Of a stretch of DNA of 64,000 nt, positions 50,081 through 64,000 are shown piece by piece. Under the pieces are notes generated by a model. It did not search any database. It had not been told where the DNA came from and saw nothing but the letters and a program-made list of their open reading frames with translations. The translations under genes and the position numbers were made by a program. Location: positions 51,956,001 through 52,020,000 of the forward strand of contig NC_042999.1 in assembly GCF_006345805.1 (NCBI RefSeq). Direction: 5' to 3'. The number at the start of each line of letters is the position of its first letter. Positions within the stretch are counted from its first letter, which is position 1. The stretch comes from Octopus sinensis (Eukaryota).

Positions 50081-51559
50081 TATAATAACACGTTGTCGTT
50101 ATTGTTGCTGTTGTTAAACCGCTGGTTAATTCGGATCAAACAGATCCTTGATTCAATGTCAATCTAGCCGTGACCATTGCATCTTTTTAGTTTTCAAATA
50201 CAGTGTTTGTTGTATCACATCGTTGTTAATGACGTTCTTTTAGACAGTAGGTGTGATTTGAAGGATATGTCGCTACTGTTTCTAGCCGATCGAGCAACTG
50301 CTTATAACTAGTAGCTCTTTTAAGTAGGAGTATTGATGTAGGTGTGTTTAATGAAGATGTATTTAGGTTGGTGTTTAAACGAAAGTGTGTTCATGTGAGT
50401 GAAGACATGTGTGGTGTAAATGTGTGTTTAGGTGGGTTTCTAAAGAGAAGTGAGGAAAGATTTGTGTGAAGGACGTATTTAGGCTGATGTGTTTAATTTC
50501 ATGTTTTAGACTCAAAGTAGCGTCCATGACATTTTACAACGTCTCCAATACTGTCTAGAAGGAGAGAGGAAGATATATTCACATCTAAAACCTCGTCCGA
50601 ATGCTTTATACATTGTCGTCTCTTAAAGGCAGTAAAACTGCTAAGTGGTGGAGTGGAAGCGGTTGCTGATTTTAGTCTCTCAGCTTAGGTGTGTAAATGT
50701 GGATGTGTGAAACAAAGAGTGATGCGGTAGCAATGTGTATGCAGGGGCTGAATGTTTTGAAAGTTGTTATTCAGATATCTTTTGATATGTATGTGAGATT
50801 TGGCTCTTATTTCTAGAAAGTCGAGTGACTACGTATTCGTATGAGAACCATTCAACCTACGAGTGTTGCTGTGTACTTCTGATTAACACTCAAGGGACAT
50901 AATCACTGGTCATTATACTTCATCCCCTCCCCTCCTTGAACTGCCAAAATACTAATTGGTGGTTGGAAACAATATACTAACACTGAAATTAGTAAAAAAA
51001 AGAAAGAAGAAAATACAGGCTGTCTAGCCATTAGTAATTGCCTTCTTTTGGTAAAAATTACATAATTCCAACTAATTAACAAGCAGAATTCTACATTATA
51101 GTATAGATTTAAGAGAGTGAATATTATATTTGTCACTATGGTGGTATCTCTGGATGAGTTTCGGTATTTTTACTTCTTGTCAATGAAATATAATCTAAAC
51201 TTAATTGCTATAAAATAACATAGAATTATGCTATTCTTGTGGTTAGAACCATCAATCAGCCAAACTGATCCCCAGATCAACACAAATCGCTGATAGTATC
51301 GGTTGCCTGCACGTTTTTTCCTCTATTCTTTGCGACTACAGAGTAAAAGAGTAAAGTGTTCCACCGATTGACTGGTCATGGCCAGAATGTCGGATTTTGT
51401 ACTAATTAGTTCGATCTTCTGGAAGTAACAGCGAAATCGCTTTCCAAGTTCACATTGATAATTGGAAAAAAAAAAAAAAAAAGAAAAATCATTGGTAGCT
51501 CAAAATCGGAAAACTGGTTAGTATTTTGAGCTGACCTGGGGCTAAACAAAAACGACGAC

Positions 51560-51727
51560 AAATTCGGGAAAGGGGACGAATCGTTAACATGGACCCCGAT
51601 GCTTAACTGGTACCTATTTTATTGACTCCGAAAGGACAAGCCAGCAGCGGCTGAATTTGAACTCAAGACTTGAAGACGGACGAATTGACGCTAAACATTT
51701 TGCCCGGCCGGCTCACGCTTCTGCCAG
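51560..51727 (-). mobile_element. SINE family A, diverged
   Basis: GACCCC..AACTGGTAC.TATTTTATTGAC.CCGAAAGGA..GAATTTGAACTC..TTCTGCCAG. Confidence 0.65.
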
Positions 51728-52284
51728 TGTTGATATATAAATAAAGACAAGCGGTTTTGAAGCATATATATTATTGACTACCTCAAGTATATGCTTCAAT
51801 TACAAATATTATTCAATGCGGTATTTCAATTCACTGCGGGGTAGCGATTTTTAATGTCAGTTTATATTTCTAGAAATTTAATGGCTGCTCTATAAATTAT
51901 AAGTTTAATCTAGCGTCAATCAAATTATGCTGATTCCAGTATTTTTTCTTATTTGTCGAATGTTGTTGAAGAAACAGAAATCTGGAAAAGAAAACTGATT
52001 GTGTTGTATTTCCCCGTCACCGAATTTGTTTCCTCATGACTTTCAGGAAAATGAGTATTTTTTAATAAACTTTTCCGCAAATACTTATCGGATGGCATAA
52101 TTACGATTATACCGGAATTTAATGCAAAAAAAAAAAAAAAAAAGGAACGGAGGATATCTTTATGAATCTCGACTTTGTTTCCTTCATATATTTTGGTAAT
52201 TTCATTACAATTATGTTAAGAAACAATTAATTTTGACGGCTATCCTACCTTATTCTGAAAATTCTCTATAAAAAATAAATACTT

Positions 52285-53250
52285 TGTAGAAAGGGGAAAT
52301 TGAGCAAAAGAAGATTTTTGCACTGAAAACGGACGGAGTAACCGGAAGATTGTTAGAAAGATTCGGGGAAGCAGAATGCCAGTAGACAATTTTCTGAAAG
52401 ATTCTGACAGCTACAATAAGATTCATACTGGTGGACGCCCCAAGGTTACATCAGAAAGGGATGAAAAGGCCATTGTCAGAGCTGTGAAGTCACGCTGCTC
52501 TTCTGTTTCCAAAATCAAAGGCAGCAGTAGGGGCAGGAGCCTTGACATCCACCGTAAAAGGAATGATTTTGAACCATTGTTTCCACCTGACGTCCGTTAT
52601 TGTCTTCTTCCCACAATGTTGTTCGATTGGGATTATGAATGGACCGGGGTTCTGTTCTTCGACGAGAAAAAATGGAACTTGGATGGCCCCGACGGTTGTT
52701 AGGTAGATAAGTGTATACAAAATACTACTTATTCCAAGCTGTAGAAGAACGGAGGAGGTCTTTTGGTGTGGGGAGCAATATCTGCCTATGGGAAGCTGCC
52801 ACGTGTCATCATGGATGGTTGTTTCAATACTGCACGATTTGTTGGACGGGGCTCACATTGACGAAGAAGGAAGAAGGCTCCATGTCAAGAACTTCATATT
52901 TCAACAAGACAATGCTCCTGTTCATAAAGTAAAGACAACTTTGCATTTCTTCCATGCAATAGGGGTTGAAGTCATACCATGGCCAGCAAGAAGTCCCGAC
53001 CGTAATCCTATAGAGAATACCTGGGGATTATCTCATAAATATTATGTACAGCGAAGCCAAGTAGTATTCATCTGTTGATGAACTTGAATTGGCATTAAAG
53101 AAGGCATGGGAAGCAATTCAGAAAGGTTGAGCTCAAACATACATTACTGATATATGACATGAGAATATCATTCAAATATGTCGTAATTTCCCTGTTTTGT
53201 GTCATTTTCGTAACATTATTCAACCTGGCGTTATAGTTTTGAACAGGAGG
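52285..53250 (+). mobile_element. Decayed Tc1/Tc3-like (DD34E) transposon
   Basis: TGGRPKVTSERDEKAIVR; VLFFDEKKWNLDGPDG; FQQDNAPVHK..WPARSPDRNPIENTWG (34-residue spacing); frameshifts and stops. Confidence 0.85.
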
Positions 53251-53829
53251 TTCCTGGTTCTGTATGTTTTGTTGAATTATTGTCTAATTTGTTTTTGAAT
53301 TCCAATATATTTGAATATGGCAATGCGTTCTTCTATTTCATTTCCTATCAAGAGGTGAATTTCATGAATTTGGGTAGTATAGTTCCCCAGACGAAAACAA
53401 AGAGAGACAGTGCTCTGGGTTTGTGGTTTTGAAGAGAAGTTTAGAAACTAAATTGTGATGTGTGAATTATCGGATACTCCTCACCTTAAAAAAGGTTTTC
53501 CTTTACAAATTCAGATTTAATCGCAGTCTGAAATGTATTTGTACAAACTTTCATGAATAAATATCCATTTTTCAGAAGGCTATGAGGAAACAAAGTAGGT
53601 GGGGTACATTTCTGTGCTTATTCTCTATATTTACTAAGCGAATAAAGGAATCGAAGGGAAATTAAGACATAACATATCATAACAATTACGCAAACTGGGA
53701 ACCACATCTGTAAATATTATTTGGAGGCCGGCAGAAAATCGTTTGGAGTGTGGTCTCTCTCTGCTACTAATATATAAATTAAGCAATAATAAATCTCTGA
53801 ACGAGATATAAACAGTAATTGTACGACAA

Positions 53830-54125
53830 TGTGAGGTATACTTGCCATCTCAATATGGCTAACCACTAAGGGTAGCTTGTAGCCCCAGGAGAACATCGTC
53901 TCCAGCTGGCTTTAGGCACACTTTCTGTGCCCTAAAACTTAGAAACTGCAGTCCGTGCGTATCACTTAGGTTGACGAGGGAAGGGTGACCTCTCTTTGCA
54001 AATACCATAAGGGCACAGAAAGTGTGCCTAAAGCCAGCTGGAGACGATGTTCTCCTGGGGCTACAAGCTACAGTAACACCCACCCTTAGTGGTTAGCCAT
54101 ATTGAGATGGCAAGTATACCTCACA
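53830..54125. mobile_element. Foldback/MITE-like element with ~104-bp inverted arms and a 76-bp spacer
   Basis: 53830-53933 versus 54010-54125 are reverse complements except for a ~12-nt insertion in the right arm. Confidence 0.8.
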
Positions 54126-54647
54126 ATATATAAATTATTTTAGTTCTAAATGCAGAGATATCTCAGCTGCCAGACAAATAAATGCTATTTTTCCTTATGA
54201 GTCCGTGGTGTAATTTTAATCATTTTCTCGTTTCTCGACATTAGATCACATTGGCTGCCACTTGACTGTTTGTTTTCCCTGCAGTAGGCGACGTGAGTAT
54301 CGTGCTCCGGTTTGTTTGTTACTATTGACGTGTTGTCACTGTGATTAGTTTTGAGGGTGTCGTTTTTCTTCAATGACAACAACAACAATAACAACAGTAG
54401 CACCAGCAGCATCAAAACACTGACATCGACCACAACAGCAACAACAGCAACAACATCAAAAGCAGGCAGCTACAACTGCAATAAAAACGATGACAAGAGC
54501 AATAACAGCAACAGCAACAAGTACAATCATCAGCATTATCATCATGAGCGTTATCGTAGTCATCGTCTTCTTTCATCGCTTCTCTAGATGTTATACTCGC
54601 CGAGAATATTCCTTGTAACTCTGATGTGCCCGCCTCTCTCTCTCTAT

Positions 54648-54995
<348 letters not shown>

Positions 54996-55421
54996 CTCCC
55001 TGGATTTATTGCTCTTAGAAATCGAATTCCTTTAAACCCCACCTTTGTTTTTTTTTTCTCTGGGAAGCCCTTTGCTGATTCTGTGTCCCCACGGTAACCA
55101 ACAAGAATGGTTTCAAAATAACGAGACTATTCTAACTCAACCAATTCCATAGCAGCCTCCTTCACCCCATTCCTCTATAAACCATTTTGGTCCACCATTT
55201 CTATGAAATGCAGTATCGACACACAGACAGACACATACACCACCATCTTTATCTCATGAGATTTCAAGTTTCCGCTTCAACATCTGACAACAACAAATGG
55301 AATCTAGAGTCGCTGTTTTTAAAGCAATAAATGTTCTTTATTATTAATCCATTTTTTGCTGAATCTAAGAAGTCTTTGAGATGAAATCAAACAAATACAC
55401 GCGCACACACACACACGCACG

Positions 55422-55605
<184 letters not shown>

Positions 55606-56004
55606 AAGAGAAAACCTTCTAGTACATGACTTGGATGTTTATGTGGAATAATTAAAGTGGAAAATATTTTTTTCCTTTTCACGGTTCGTATTTCTTTCTT
55701 CGTTGTACTAGCATCAACACCAATGCACACCACCACCATCATCACCACAACCACCACTACCATCAACAGTGACAGGAACAACGACGGCGACCTCTCACCC
55801 CCACTACCACCACAATCACTACGATGGTGACCACCAACATTGTAAGCTATACCACCATCATAACCACTACTACTACTACTATTACTGCTACTACCACGAC
55901 GACGACGACGATGATGACCACCACTACCACCACCACCATCACCACCAACACCACTGCCATCACAAAGAGCATCGAGCGGCAATGAGACGAATAAATATTA
56001 CAGT

Positions 56005-56168
56005 GGCATTTCGTCCGGTTTTATGTTCTGAGTTCAAATTCCAACGAGGTCGACTCTGCCTCTCAAGCTTTCGGAGTCGATGAAATAAGTACCAGTTGCG
56101 TACTGGGGTCGATGTAATCGACCTATCCGCCCGAATGTGCAGGTCCTCTGTCAAAATTTGAAACTAAT
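56005..56168 (+). mobile_element. SINE family A, 5'-truncated
   Basis: TTCTGAGTTCAAATTCC..GAGGTCGAC..GTCGATGAAATAAGTACCAGTT. Confidence 0.75.
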
Positions 56169-56537
56169 ATTATAGCGGTCGCTGTAAGGAAGGGCATCGT
56201 ATTCACCAACTCTGGTTTCTCTGCTTAAAGCTTTAAGAGTTCCGCTTTGATAAACAAATGACATTGGTAAGAGATAAAGAAAACAACGGAAACATAGGGA
56301 AAAACCTAACAAAATACATATTGGAATTAATTTATAGTAGATATATTAGGTTTGAGGAAATGGTCATGGTCGGAGCGATTTAAGGCTAGATCGTCAACTC
56401 AGTCGTTGTTGATATGAGGTTAAACAACAACAACGACGCTGACGGCGACGATGAAGACGACGATGGCAACAAGAATAACGTCCTGTTTGAAGTGAACCAG
56501 TGTATAATATATGTAAGAAGAAATGGCGACTTATAAC

Positions 56538-56849
56538 TGGTCCTCCGTCGGTTGGGACGACTAGTGTTCCAGTTGATCCGATCCCCCACTCGGGAAATTA
56601 ATGTGTGAGTGAATGAGCACTCCACGGACTTTTGGGCCCTTTACATAATTCTCAGGGAGATTGAGTGTGAGAGAATGTGGCGAGGTTGACCCTTTGTAAT
56701 TACTGGTACAACGCGTTTTGGCCAGCTGAGTGGACTGGAGCAACGTGAAATTAAAGTGTCTTGCACCCGGACACAGGCGCCAGTCAGGAATCGAAACACC
56801 ATCTTACGATCGTAAGCCGAATGATCTAACCAGTAAGCCACGTGCCTTC
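56538..56849 (-). mobile_element. tRNA-derived SINE (family C type head)
   Basis: Homologous to 3526-3826. Confidence 0.7.
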
Positions 56850-56860
56850 ACTGGATTCAA

Positions 56861-57077
56861 TAATAATGGTTTCAAAGTTTGGCACAAAGCCAGCAATTTC
56901 GGAGGCGGGAGGATTAAATCGATTACATCGACCCCGGTGCTCATCGGGTACTTATTTTATCTTAGCGAATGAAAAGCATAATCAAGCCCGGCAGAATTTG
57001 AACTCAGAATGTAAAGATGGACGAAATGTCGCTAAACATTTTGTGCGGCATGCTAACGATTCTGCCAGCTTGATGCC
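56861..57077 (-). mobile_element. SINE family A
   Basis: Colinear with 35089-35290. Confidence 0.75.
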
Positions 57078-57309
57078 ATAGTGGATTGAATAATATTGAC
57101 TCCGCAAATGATGGAGGTTATTTCAATGACATAATTGAGTCCACGAAGACACGAACTCAGTGAAGTAACTCAACAAAGTATTACGTCCCTCTGTGAATTC
57201 TACCAATTCTATTAGTCTATCATCATCGTTTGTGACAATGAAAAAACTGCTTATGCATCCTCACCTTTCCAATATTGTTGCCCCCAAGGCGGCGAGCTGG
57301 CAGAAACGA

Positions 57310-58084
57310 GTGCCTCATGAATTGTCAGAAAATGGGTGCCCCATGAATTGTCCAAAAGCAATCGCAAATTCCGAGTTGACATATGCTCTTCTCTCCATTC
57401 TCACGAACTCATTTCACCCTTTTTGGATAGACTTGTGACTGCTGAAGAAAAATGGATCTTCTATCGAAATGTTAAACGTCGTAAACAGTAGCTTGTTAAA
57501 AGGGAAAATGCTCAACCACAACCGAGAAAGGAACTTCATGGGGAAAAGGTTCTTCTCTCTATCTGGTGGGACTGCGAAAGAGTAATTCACTTTGAATTGT
57601 AACCACCTAATGTAACAATCAACGCTCAAGTCTACTGTCAGCAGTTAGAGCGTTTGAACCAAGCTTTGAAGAAAAAATGATTCGCTTTAGTCAAACGAAA
57701 AGGAGTGATGCTTCATCGGGACAATGTGCGACCCCACACTGCAAAGATCACATCACAGAAGATCGAAGAGCCTGGTTGGGAAAAATTCATCATCTAACTT
57801 ATTCTCCCGACCTTATTCCTTCTAGATACCATTTGTTTCATAGTTTACAGAATTATTAGGGGACATAACTTTCGCAAGCCAGGATGAGGTCGAAACTGAC
57901 ATTTCCCAGTTCTTCGCTTTGAAACCAAAAGAGTTTTACATTGATGGGATTAAAAAGCTTGTAAATGGATGGAAGAAAGTCATAGATAATCAGGGTAAGT
58001 GCATTAATGATTAAATTTCTATTAAATATAACAATTGATCACTTTATTCAAAATTCGGACAGAGCTTATGGGATGATCTGATAT
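57310..58084 (+). mobile_element. 5'-truncated decayed mariner (DD34D)
   Basis: WVPHELS..DRLVTAEEKWIFY..KVLLSIWWD..HRDNVRPHTA..YSPDLIPS.YHLF; stops and frameshifts; TIR-like end followed by TA. Confidence 0.85.
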
Positions 58085-58488
58085 AGGTACAGGTTTTTGT
58101 AAAGTATCTAGGTGCGTTACCCTAGTAGAAAGCTCGTGAGACAAGCGGGTTTCCTTCTTGTCATCGATAAATATGTAATTAGAAGGAGGTCAGTATCAAG
58201 GTTTACAGTTGAACGTGTTCCATTATCCTCTGTGGCATAGAGAGGAGTGAGCTTACCAAGGCAGTGAGGTGAGAAAGGTCGTAGACAAGAACACACCGAT
58301 CGGAAGTCCCCGATTTTGGGGGAGTCACATTTCCTTATTTTTAATGTTATCTGTACTTTCATTTGCTATTTTCTTCTGTTAATTCGACATTTTGTTGTCA
58401 CACATATGTAAGTACAACGATGTACAAACAAATGTGTGTGTATATGTATATTGTGTGTAAACGTGTATATATATATATATGTGTGTGT

Positions 58489-58783
58489 GAGGGCGCATAG
58501 CTCAGTGGTTAGAGCATCGGGATTATAATCATGAGGTAGTGAACAGGCTGTGTGTTGTGTTCTTGAGCAAGATACTTTATTTCACGTTGCTCCAGTTCAC
58601 TTAGCTGTAGAAATGAGTTGCGTAGTCACTGGTGCCAAGTTGTATCAGCCCCTTTGCCTTTCCCTTAGATAAAATTCAGTGGTGTGGAGAAGGGAGGCTG
58701 GTATGCATGAACGACTGCTGGTCTTCCATAAACGATCTTGCTCTGACTTGTGCCTTGGAGGTGAGCATTTTATATGCAATCCC

Positions 58784-58785
<2 letters not shown>
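58489..58785 (+). mobile_element. tRNA-derived SINE, family C
   Basis: GGCGCATAGCTCAGTGGTTAGAGC A-box head; TTCTTGAGCAAGA.ACTTTATTTCAC core. Confidence 0.8.
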
Positions 58786-58846
<61 letters not shown>

Positions 58847-58849
<3 letters not shown>

Positions 58850-59248
58850 TCTTTTACTCTTTTACTTGTTTCAGTCATTTGACTGCGGCCATGCTGGAGC
58901 ACCGCCTTTAGTCGAGCAAATCGACCCCGGGACTTATTCTTTGTAAGCCCAGTACTTATTCTATCGGTCTCTTTTTTGCCGAACCGCTAAGTGACGGGGA
59001 CGTAAACACACCAGCATCGGTTGTCAAGCAATGCTAGGGGGGCAAACACAGATACACAAACACACACACATATATATACACATATATACGACAGGCTTCT
59101 TTCAGTTTCCGCCTACCAAATCCACTCACAAGGCATTGGTCGGCCCGGGGCTATAGCAGAAGACACTTGCCTAAGGTGCCACGCAGTGGGACTGAACCCG
59201 GAACCATGTGGTTGGTTAGCAAGCTACTTACCACACAGCCACTCCTGC

Positions 59249-59251
<3 letters not shown>
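58847..59251 (-). mobile_element. Full-length tRNA-derived SINE, family B (CORE-like motif)
   Basis: Minus strand: GGCGCAGGAGTGGCTGTGTGGTAAG head, GGGTTCAGTCCC B box, CCTTAGGCAAGTGTCTT core-like motif, internal (GT)n, tail GGCGGTGCTCCAGCATGGCC..AAAAGAG repeats. Confidence 0.9.
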
Positions 59252-59286
<35 letters not shown>

Positions 59287-60215
59287 ATCAGTTATAATAA
59301 CAACAATTATACATTAAGCTGATGTGTTACTTGTAGAGTGCAAATTTACAATTCTCAAACAAGAATATTACTGACAGTGACTTCGAAGTTTCATCCAGTT
59401 AACCCATAGTCAGACTTAGATACATTAACCTCAGTTAATGCATCTCAGTCTATGTAAGGCCAAGTTAATCTTGACTTTATATAGTTTCTAATTAAAGCAC
59501 CATTCAAACCCACTCACCCAAGAAAAGGCTTAACTCAACAGAGTTTATATAACATCAAGGTTAACCGCTATGAAGTTCAACGATGGCTGAACTGCCCAAA
59601 ACTTCGAACTCTCTGTCAATAATATATTTTCAATAATATATAAGAACACACACACACACACATACACACACATACGAATGCCTGCAGGTTGGTGTTTGTA
59701 TGTTTATGCGTATGTACATGCGTGCCCACACAATGACAGAAGCAAACATGATTTATTGAACACACATAACTAATCTCCTGCAGAGACAGACAAACAACAT
59801 TCTCTCCATAAGCCTGTAATGTCTTATATGAAGATTAATAAAAGTTTGTAAACGCACTGTTCCGAAATATTAAGAGAAAGAGAGAGAGTCGCCATTTCTA
59901 CAAATTGTTTGGTAACTTATATGTCCCTTGCAAGCAGCAGCACCTGATCAACACAACGAAATATTTTGTGGCAGACTTGACTAACCACCAAATACTTTTA
60001 TCTTTGCTGCATTTAACATTTAATTTTCGAAGTGAATGTCTTTCAAAATAGATGTCGCTTTTGACTGACACATCCGTACCACCACTACGTATTGAATACC
60101 ATCGATTTATATCATCAATTGAGACAGGAACATTTGAAAGCTTATCTATGAAATTTGGTTATCACATGGCATATTATACAGTTTTTATACGGCTGACGTA
60201 CTAAAGCCTATATAA

Positions 60216-60324
<109 letters not shown>

Positions 60325-60327
60325 CAT

Positions 60328-60416
<89 letters not shown>

Positions 60417-60989
60417 TGTGTTGCATACAAAGTGAGCAATAAAAATGTTTTGAAAGCAAGACTGTGGAGGGTGTAATGGCGCACTGATTAAACTTAACGA
60501 TGATGATAAGGAAATGTTTTCGAATTTGAATAATTATCATAAAGTGAATGACGTTGTCTTGGCTGCTGGAAATGGTGGAGGTGGTAGGTTATATGGCGAG
60601 CAATTATTTGTCATCGAGAGACTAGTAAACCTACTTAATGCTACTATGTATGTAAGCATGTGTGTGCGTGTGTGTGTATGTGTGTGTGTGCGCGCGACGC
60701 GCGGTTGTGTGTGTTTGCGTGTGCACACCCATGTGTATATTTAAACGTATACATATATATATATATGTATATATATAGACACACACACAACGCGCACGTG
60801 CACTCACATACACATGTTGGCTCTCCATCGATTTCTTGTGGAGCCACTTTAGTATTTTGGACATTTTTTTAAAGTGAGGAAAGGCTGTGCACTGAGTCAA
60901 TCCCACTCACTAAGCAACAGCAGCCATAATCCGAAAAGAGGAACAAGTCAACATCATCGGTAACCACCGAGCCGCAGGTTTTATGTCGG

Positions 60990-61330
60990 AGTTATCCCAG
61001 TTACCTGAGTTACCTTCTCCTAGAAGGATGCCCTAACGAAGGCTAGGAGTCCTTCACTCCCAATGGTTTAACCGCGCGATCGGGTATTTAGTCCGATTAT
61101 TTCTATGTCCCCGCGCATGATACAGCCTTAAGACATTTATTGGATGGCCGTTGACTCTCAAGAGTTCTACCGCCCTTTGACGGGTTTTGTTTTTCATCCC
61201 GCAGGGTGTCCAATAAACACCTTCCTCACCAAGCAAGCTTGGTGGGGTTGCCAGTTTAGTCGCCGACAACCCGACCATGCAACAGGTTGTACTGGGTTAC
61301 ATGTTGCCAGCAGCACTCGAAAGTGACCTG
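60990..61330. repeat. Probable interspersed repeat ending in (ACAT)n, possibly RTE-associated
   Basis: TTACCTTCTCCTAGA.GG.TGCC..AC.AAGGCTAG resembles recalled RTE 5' regions; no second copy in the window. Confidence 0.3.
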
Positions 61331-63807
61331 ACATACATACATACATACATACATACATACATACATACATACATACATACATACATACAAACAAACAAAA
61401 CCACCCTGTTGTTGATGCTGAAATTCCAATGAAGAAGTTTTGGATCTACATTAGAGAGCGGCTCTTTCTCTATCGACAAGAAATCTTCAAATAAAACTGA
61501 ACAATGACATGCATACATACATACACACACAGACACACAAACACACGCATAGAATCACATGCACACACACACACGTCTGGTGCTGCGTAAAGCACCCGTG
61601 CGGCGGCACGTAAAAGCGCCCGTGTGACACCCCGTAAAAATAACCATGCGACACTATGTAAAAAGCAGTCAGCAGATACGGTACACACACACACATACAA
61701 ACACATACACATATACGCATGTGGGTGTGTTTATTAGATGTACGGTGTGTGTGCATGTATGTATGTATGTATGTATGTATGTATGTATGTATGTATGTAT
61801 GTATGTGTGAGTGCATGTACGTTAGTGCCTGCTATATAGGCGTGCACGGGCGAACGCATAAGAGGCACGTGTGTGAGAATATGAGTGCAAATGTCCGCGA
61901 GGGCATGTCTGGGGGGGGGGCATATTTGGGTGTGTATGTATGTGAGAATGTGTGTGTGAATGTGTATATGTGTGTGTGTGTGTGTGTGCATGAGCGTAAT
62001 TTTGCTTTTGCTATTTACATTTGGACTTCCTGTGCTTCTCCATTCGATAATTTTAAACCTGGAAGGGACGGGCTTATGTCAGAGGCCTGCGGAGCTTAAG
62101 TCGCATGTAGCCGAATCAAATTGTTTTAAATAGTACGTGTGCCTCCCACTTAATGCTTTGCAGAGTCACGCGGGGGTTAGTGGTTAGTGGGGGTTAGTGC
62201 AATAGCTCAGTTTCCATGTGATCGCTTTCGTAACATTATTTGAAAAAGCAGGAAAAAATTACAGCAACATTCTCTACAGTAATTTATGTAAACCATATCC
62301 GTACCAACCTGAAAATACTGCATGAAAACACTACTGCAAAAAAAAGACTTCGGCGAAATTTTACCATTATGAAAAAAAAAACCAAGTAGAAGAACAGGTC
62401 ACCAACAACAACGGATTCGACACGGTCAAATGACCAACAAACATTCCATTGTTTCTCGTATCAGGAAAACATCACCAGTTTACCTTAAACATTAGCAGGA
62501 CTCAATAAGAACCGTTATAGTCATTCAGAATATCAGGTCTCTTTAACAGCAAGGACTTCGAAAGATGAAAACACACTGTTAACATAGGTCGAACCGCATC
62601 CGAAAGAATTGTTGTCTATAAAATTCAAATGAAATGCACAAAGGACTATTACTCCCCCACTTAGAACGGCAGGGTTACTATCTAAACGAACACACATGCT
62701 GCACCATATCCAATTTAACACAATATTCCAGTAATACTCTAGATTTTGGTTGGAGTATGTATCTCTCTCTACTGCTTTTATACTGCCTTCGCGTTGGAGT
62801 ATATTTCCTCTGTCTATCTAATGCTTCCATAAGGACCTCTGCTACTCGGTCCTGGCTGCTATGCTGCCACCCCCACAAACCTCTGATTCAGTTGCTTTGC
62901 CTCACACCAGCACCACCACCACCACCACCATCTATGTTAACTGTTTCAGAAGACCCGCTAAGTTCTCATGTGCTGTCCTTCCTTCCCCACATAACAATTA
63001 AAACCAAATGACTGTTACATTTGAAATTGAATGGTTGAGTCTGGAACAGGTACTGTTAAATGAAAATATTCGCTATTGCTAAAGTGAAATTCAGCTAATT
63101 TAAAAAATACAATCCATAAGAATTGTGTTTTAATTAATCTTTTAATTATAATTAATTAACTGCAAAATCATAAAAATACATGTTATTCCTAATGGTGAGA
63201 TTTAACTGTTTCAAAAATATCTAAAAATTAGTAATTAGTATTTTAATTAATTAACTGTAAAAGCATTTTCGTCTTACGGTAAATTTAGTGAGTTTTTATT
63301 CGTAGAATTAGGAAGCATTTCTAAGCAGATAAAATACAAGAAATATACAAAATATGTTTGCTAAGAAGAGTTTAACAATATTAAATTCATAGGACAAGAT
63401 TTTTTGTTTTCCAATAAAACAAAATAATTTCCAATATTTCATCAAATCCGTCCTGTGCCTTTGTCATTAACTTACATTCACCACTAGGCTATTGTTTACT
63501 TTCTCAAATTTCCGATGACGGATATTTTATCGACTTTGTCTGCATCCAAGCTATTTTGGGGGATGTACTATGCTAGTACACTCATTTTGTCTCATATGAA
63601 TTACTAGTACTATCTAAATAAAATTTGAACTGTTTGTATATAGATAAAACTATTTGTCCATCGATTAAATCAGAAAGGTGTAGACTATACAATGCTGATG
63701 AAATTTGATAAACAGAAACATAACGGTAGTGATCTCCCTCGACTATAAAGATCAACTTTTGTCAACTAATACCACATCTAAATTAACATAAAGTAATTCG
63801 TCGTTTA

Positions 63808-63858
63808 TTCTTTTATTCTTTTACTTGTTTCAGTCATTTGACTACAGCCATGCTGAAC
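63808..63858 (-). mobile_element. SINE family B, 3' tip
   Basis: TTCTTTTACTTGTTTCAGTCATTTGACTACAGCCATGCTG matches 58855-58897. Confidence 0.7.
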
Positions 63859-64000
63859 TATATTATATTATTTCGTCTTCTTACCTCTTTAACCTTATCT
63901 TTCACCTATCTGGCTACTCACATATTTAATCTGTTCTTTCTTGAACTTTCAACTATTTCATTAGTTCCCTGCTACTAAAGATATATACAAAAGAATCACA

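Noticed and set aside
58489-58560. tRNA gene (also other SINE heads)
   Set aside because: A/B-box-like heads continue into SINE bodies and do not form a full cloverleaf.
62533-63011. ORFs of 62-125 aa as host exons
   Set aside because: No recognisable domain and no supporting splice context.
63695-63735. CTGATGA..GAAACATAACGGTA
   Set aside because: Helix I does not pair and helix II is marginal.

Overview
AT-rich eukaryotic DNA dense in microsatellites. The tRNA-derived SINE families look like those of octopod cephalopods (Octopus); this is inferred from recalled repeat sequences, not a database search. I find no convincing host protein-coding gene, rRNA, tRNA gene or CRISPR array, and nearly all ORFs in the supplied track are microsatellite translations or transposon debris. 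The window holds remnants of Penelope-like elements (PLE; RT and GIY-YIG), CR1/L2-like, RTE-like and R4/Dong-like LINEs, Tc1, mariner and maT transposons, a Helitron end, a foldback MITE and about 18 SINE copies. There is one intact 348-aa Tc1/mariner-superfamily transposase with unusual DD38D spacing (26947-27993, minus). The most striking signal is about a dozen minimal type-I hammerhead ribozyme (HHR) motifs in several sequence-distinct short elements next to microsatellites. Each family has its own palindromic helix III. They occur as foldback palindromes, as roughly 1.5-mer direct repeats and as long inverted ends. In both HHR foldbacks the inverted copy has lost nucleotides of the cleavage triplet. 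All coordinates were read by eye and may be off by a few bases.
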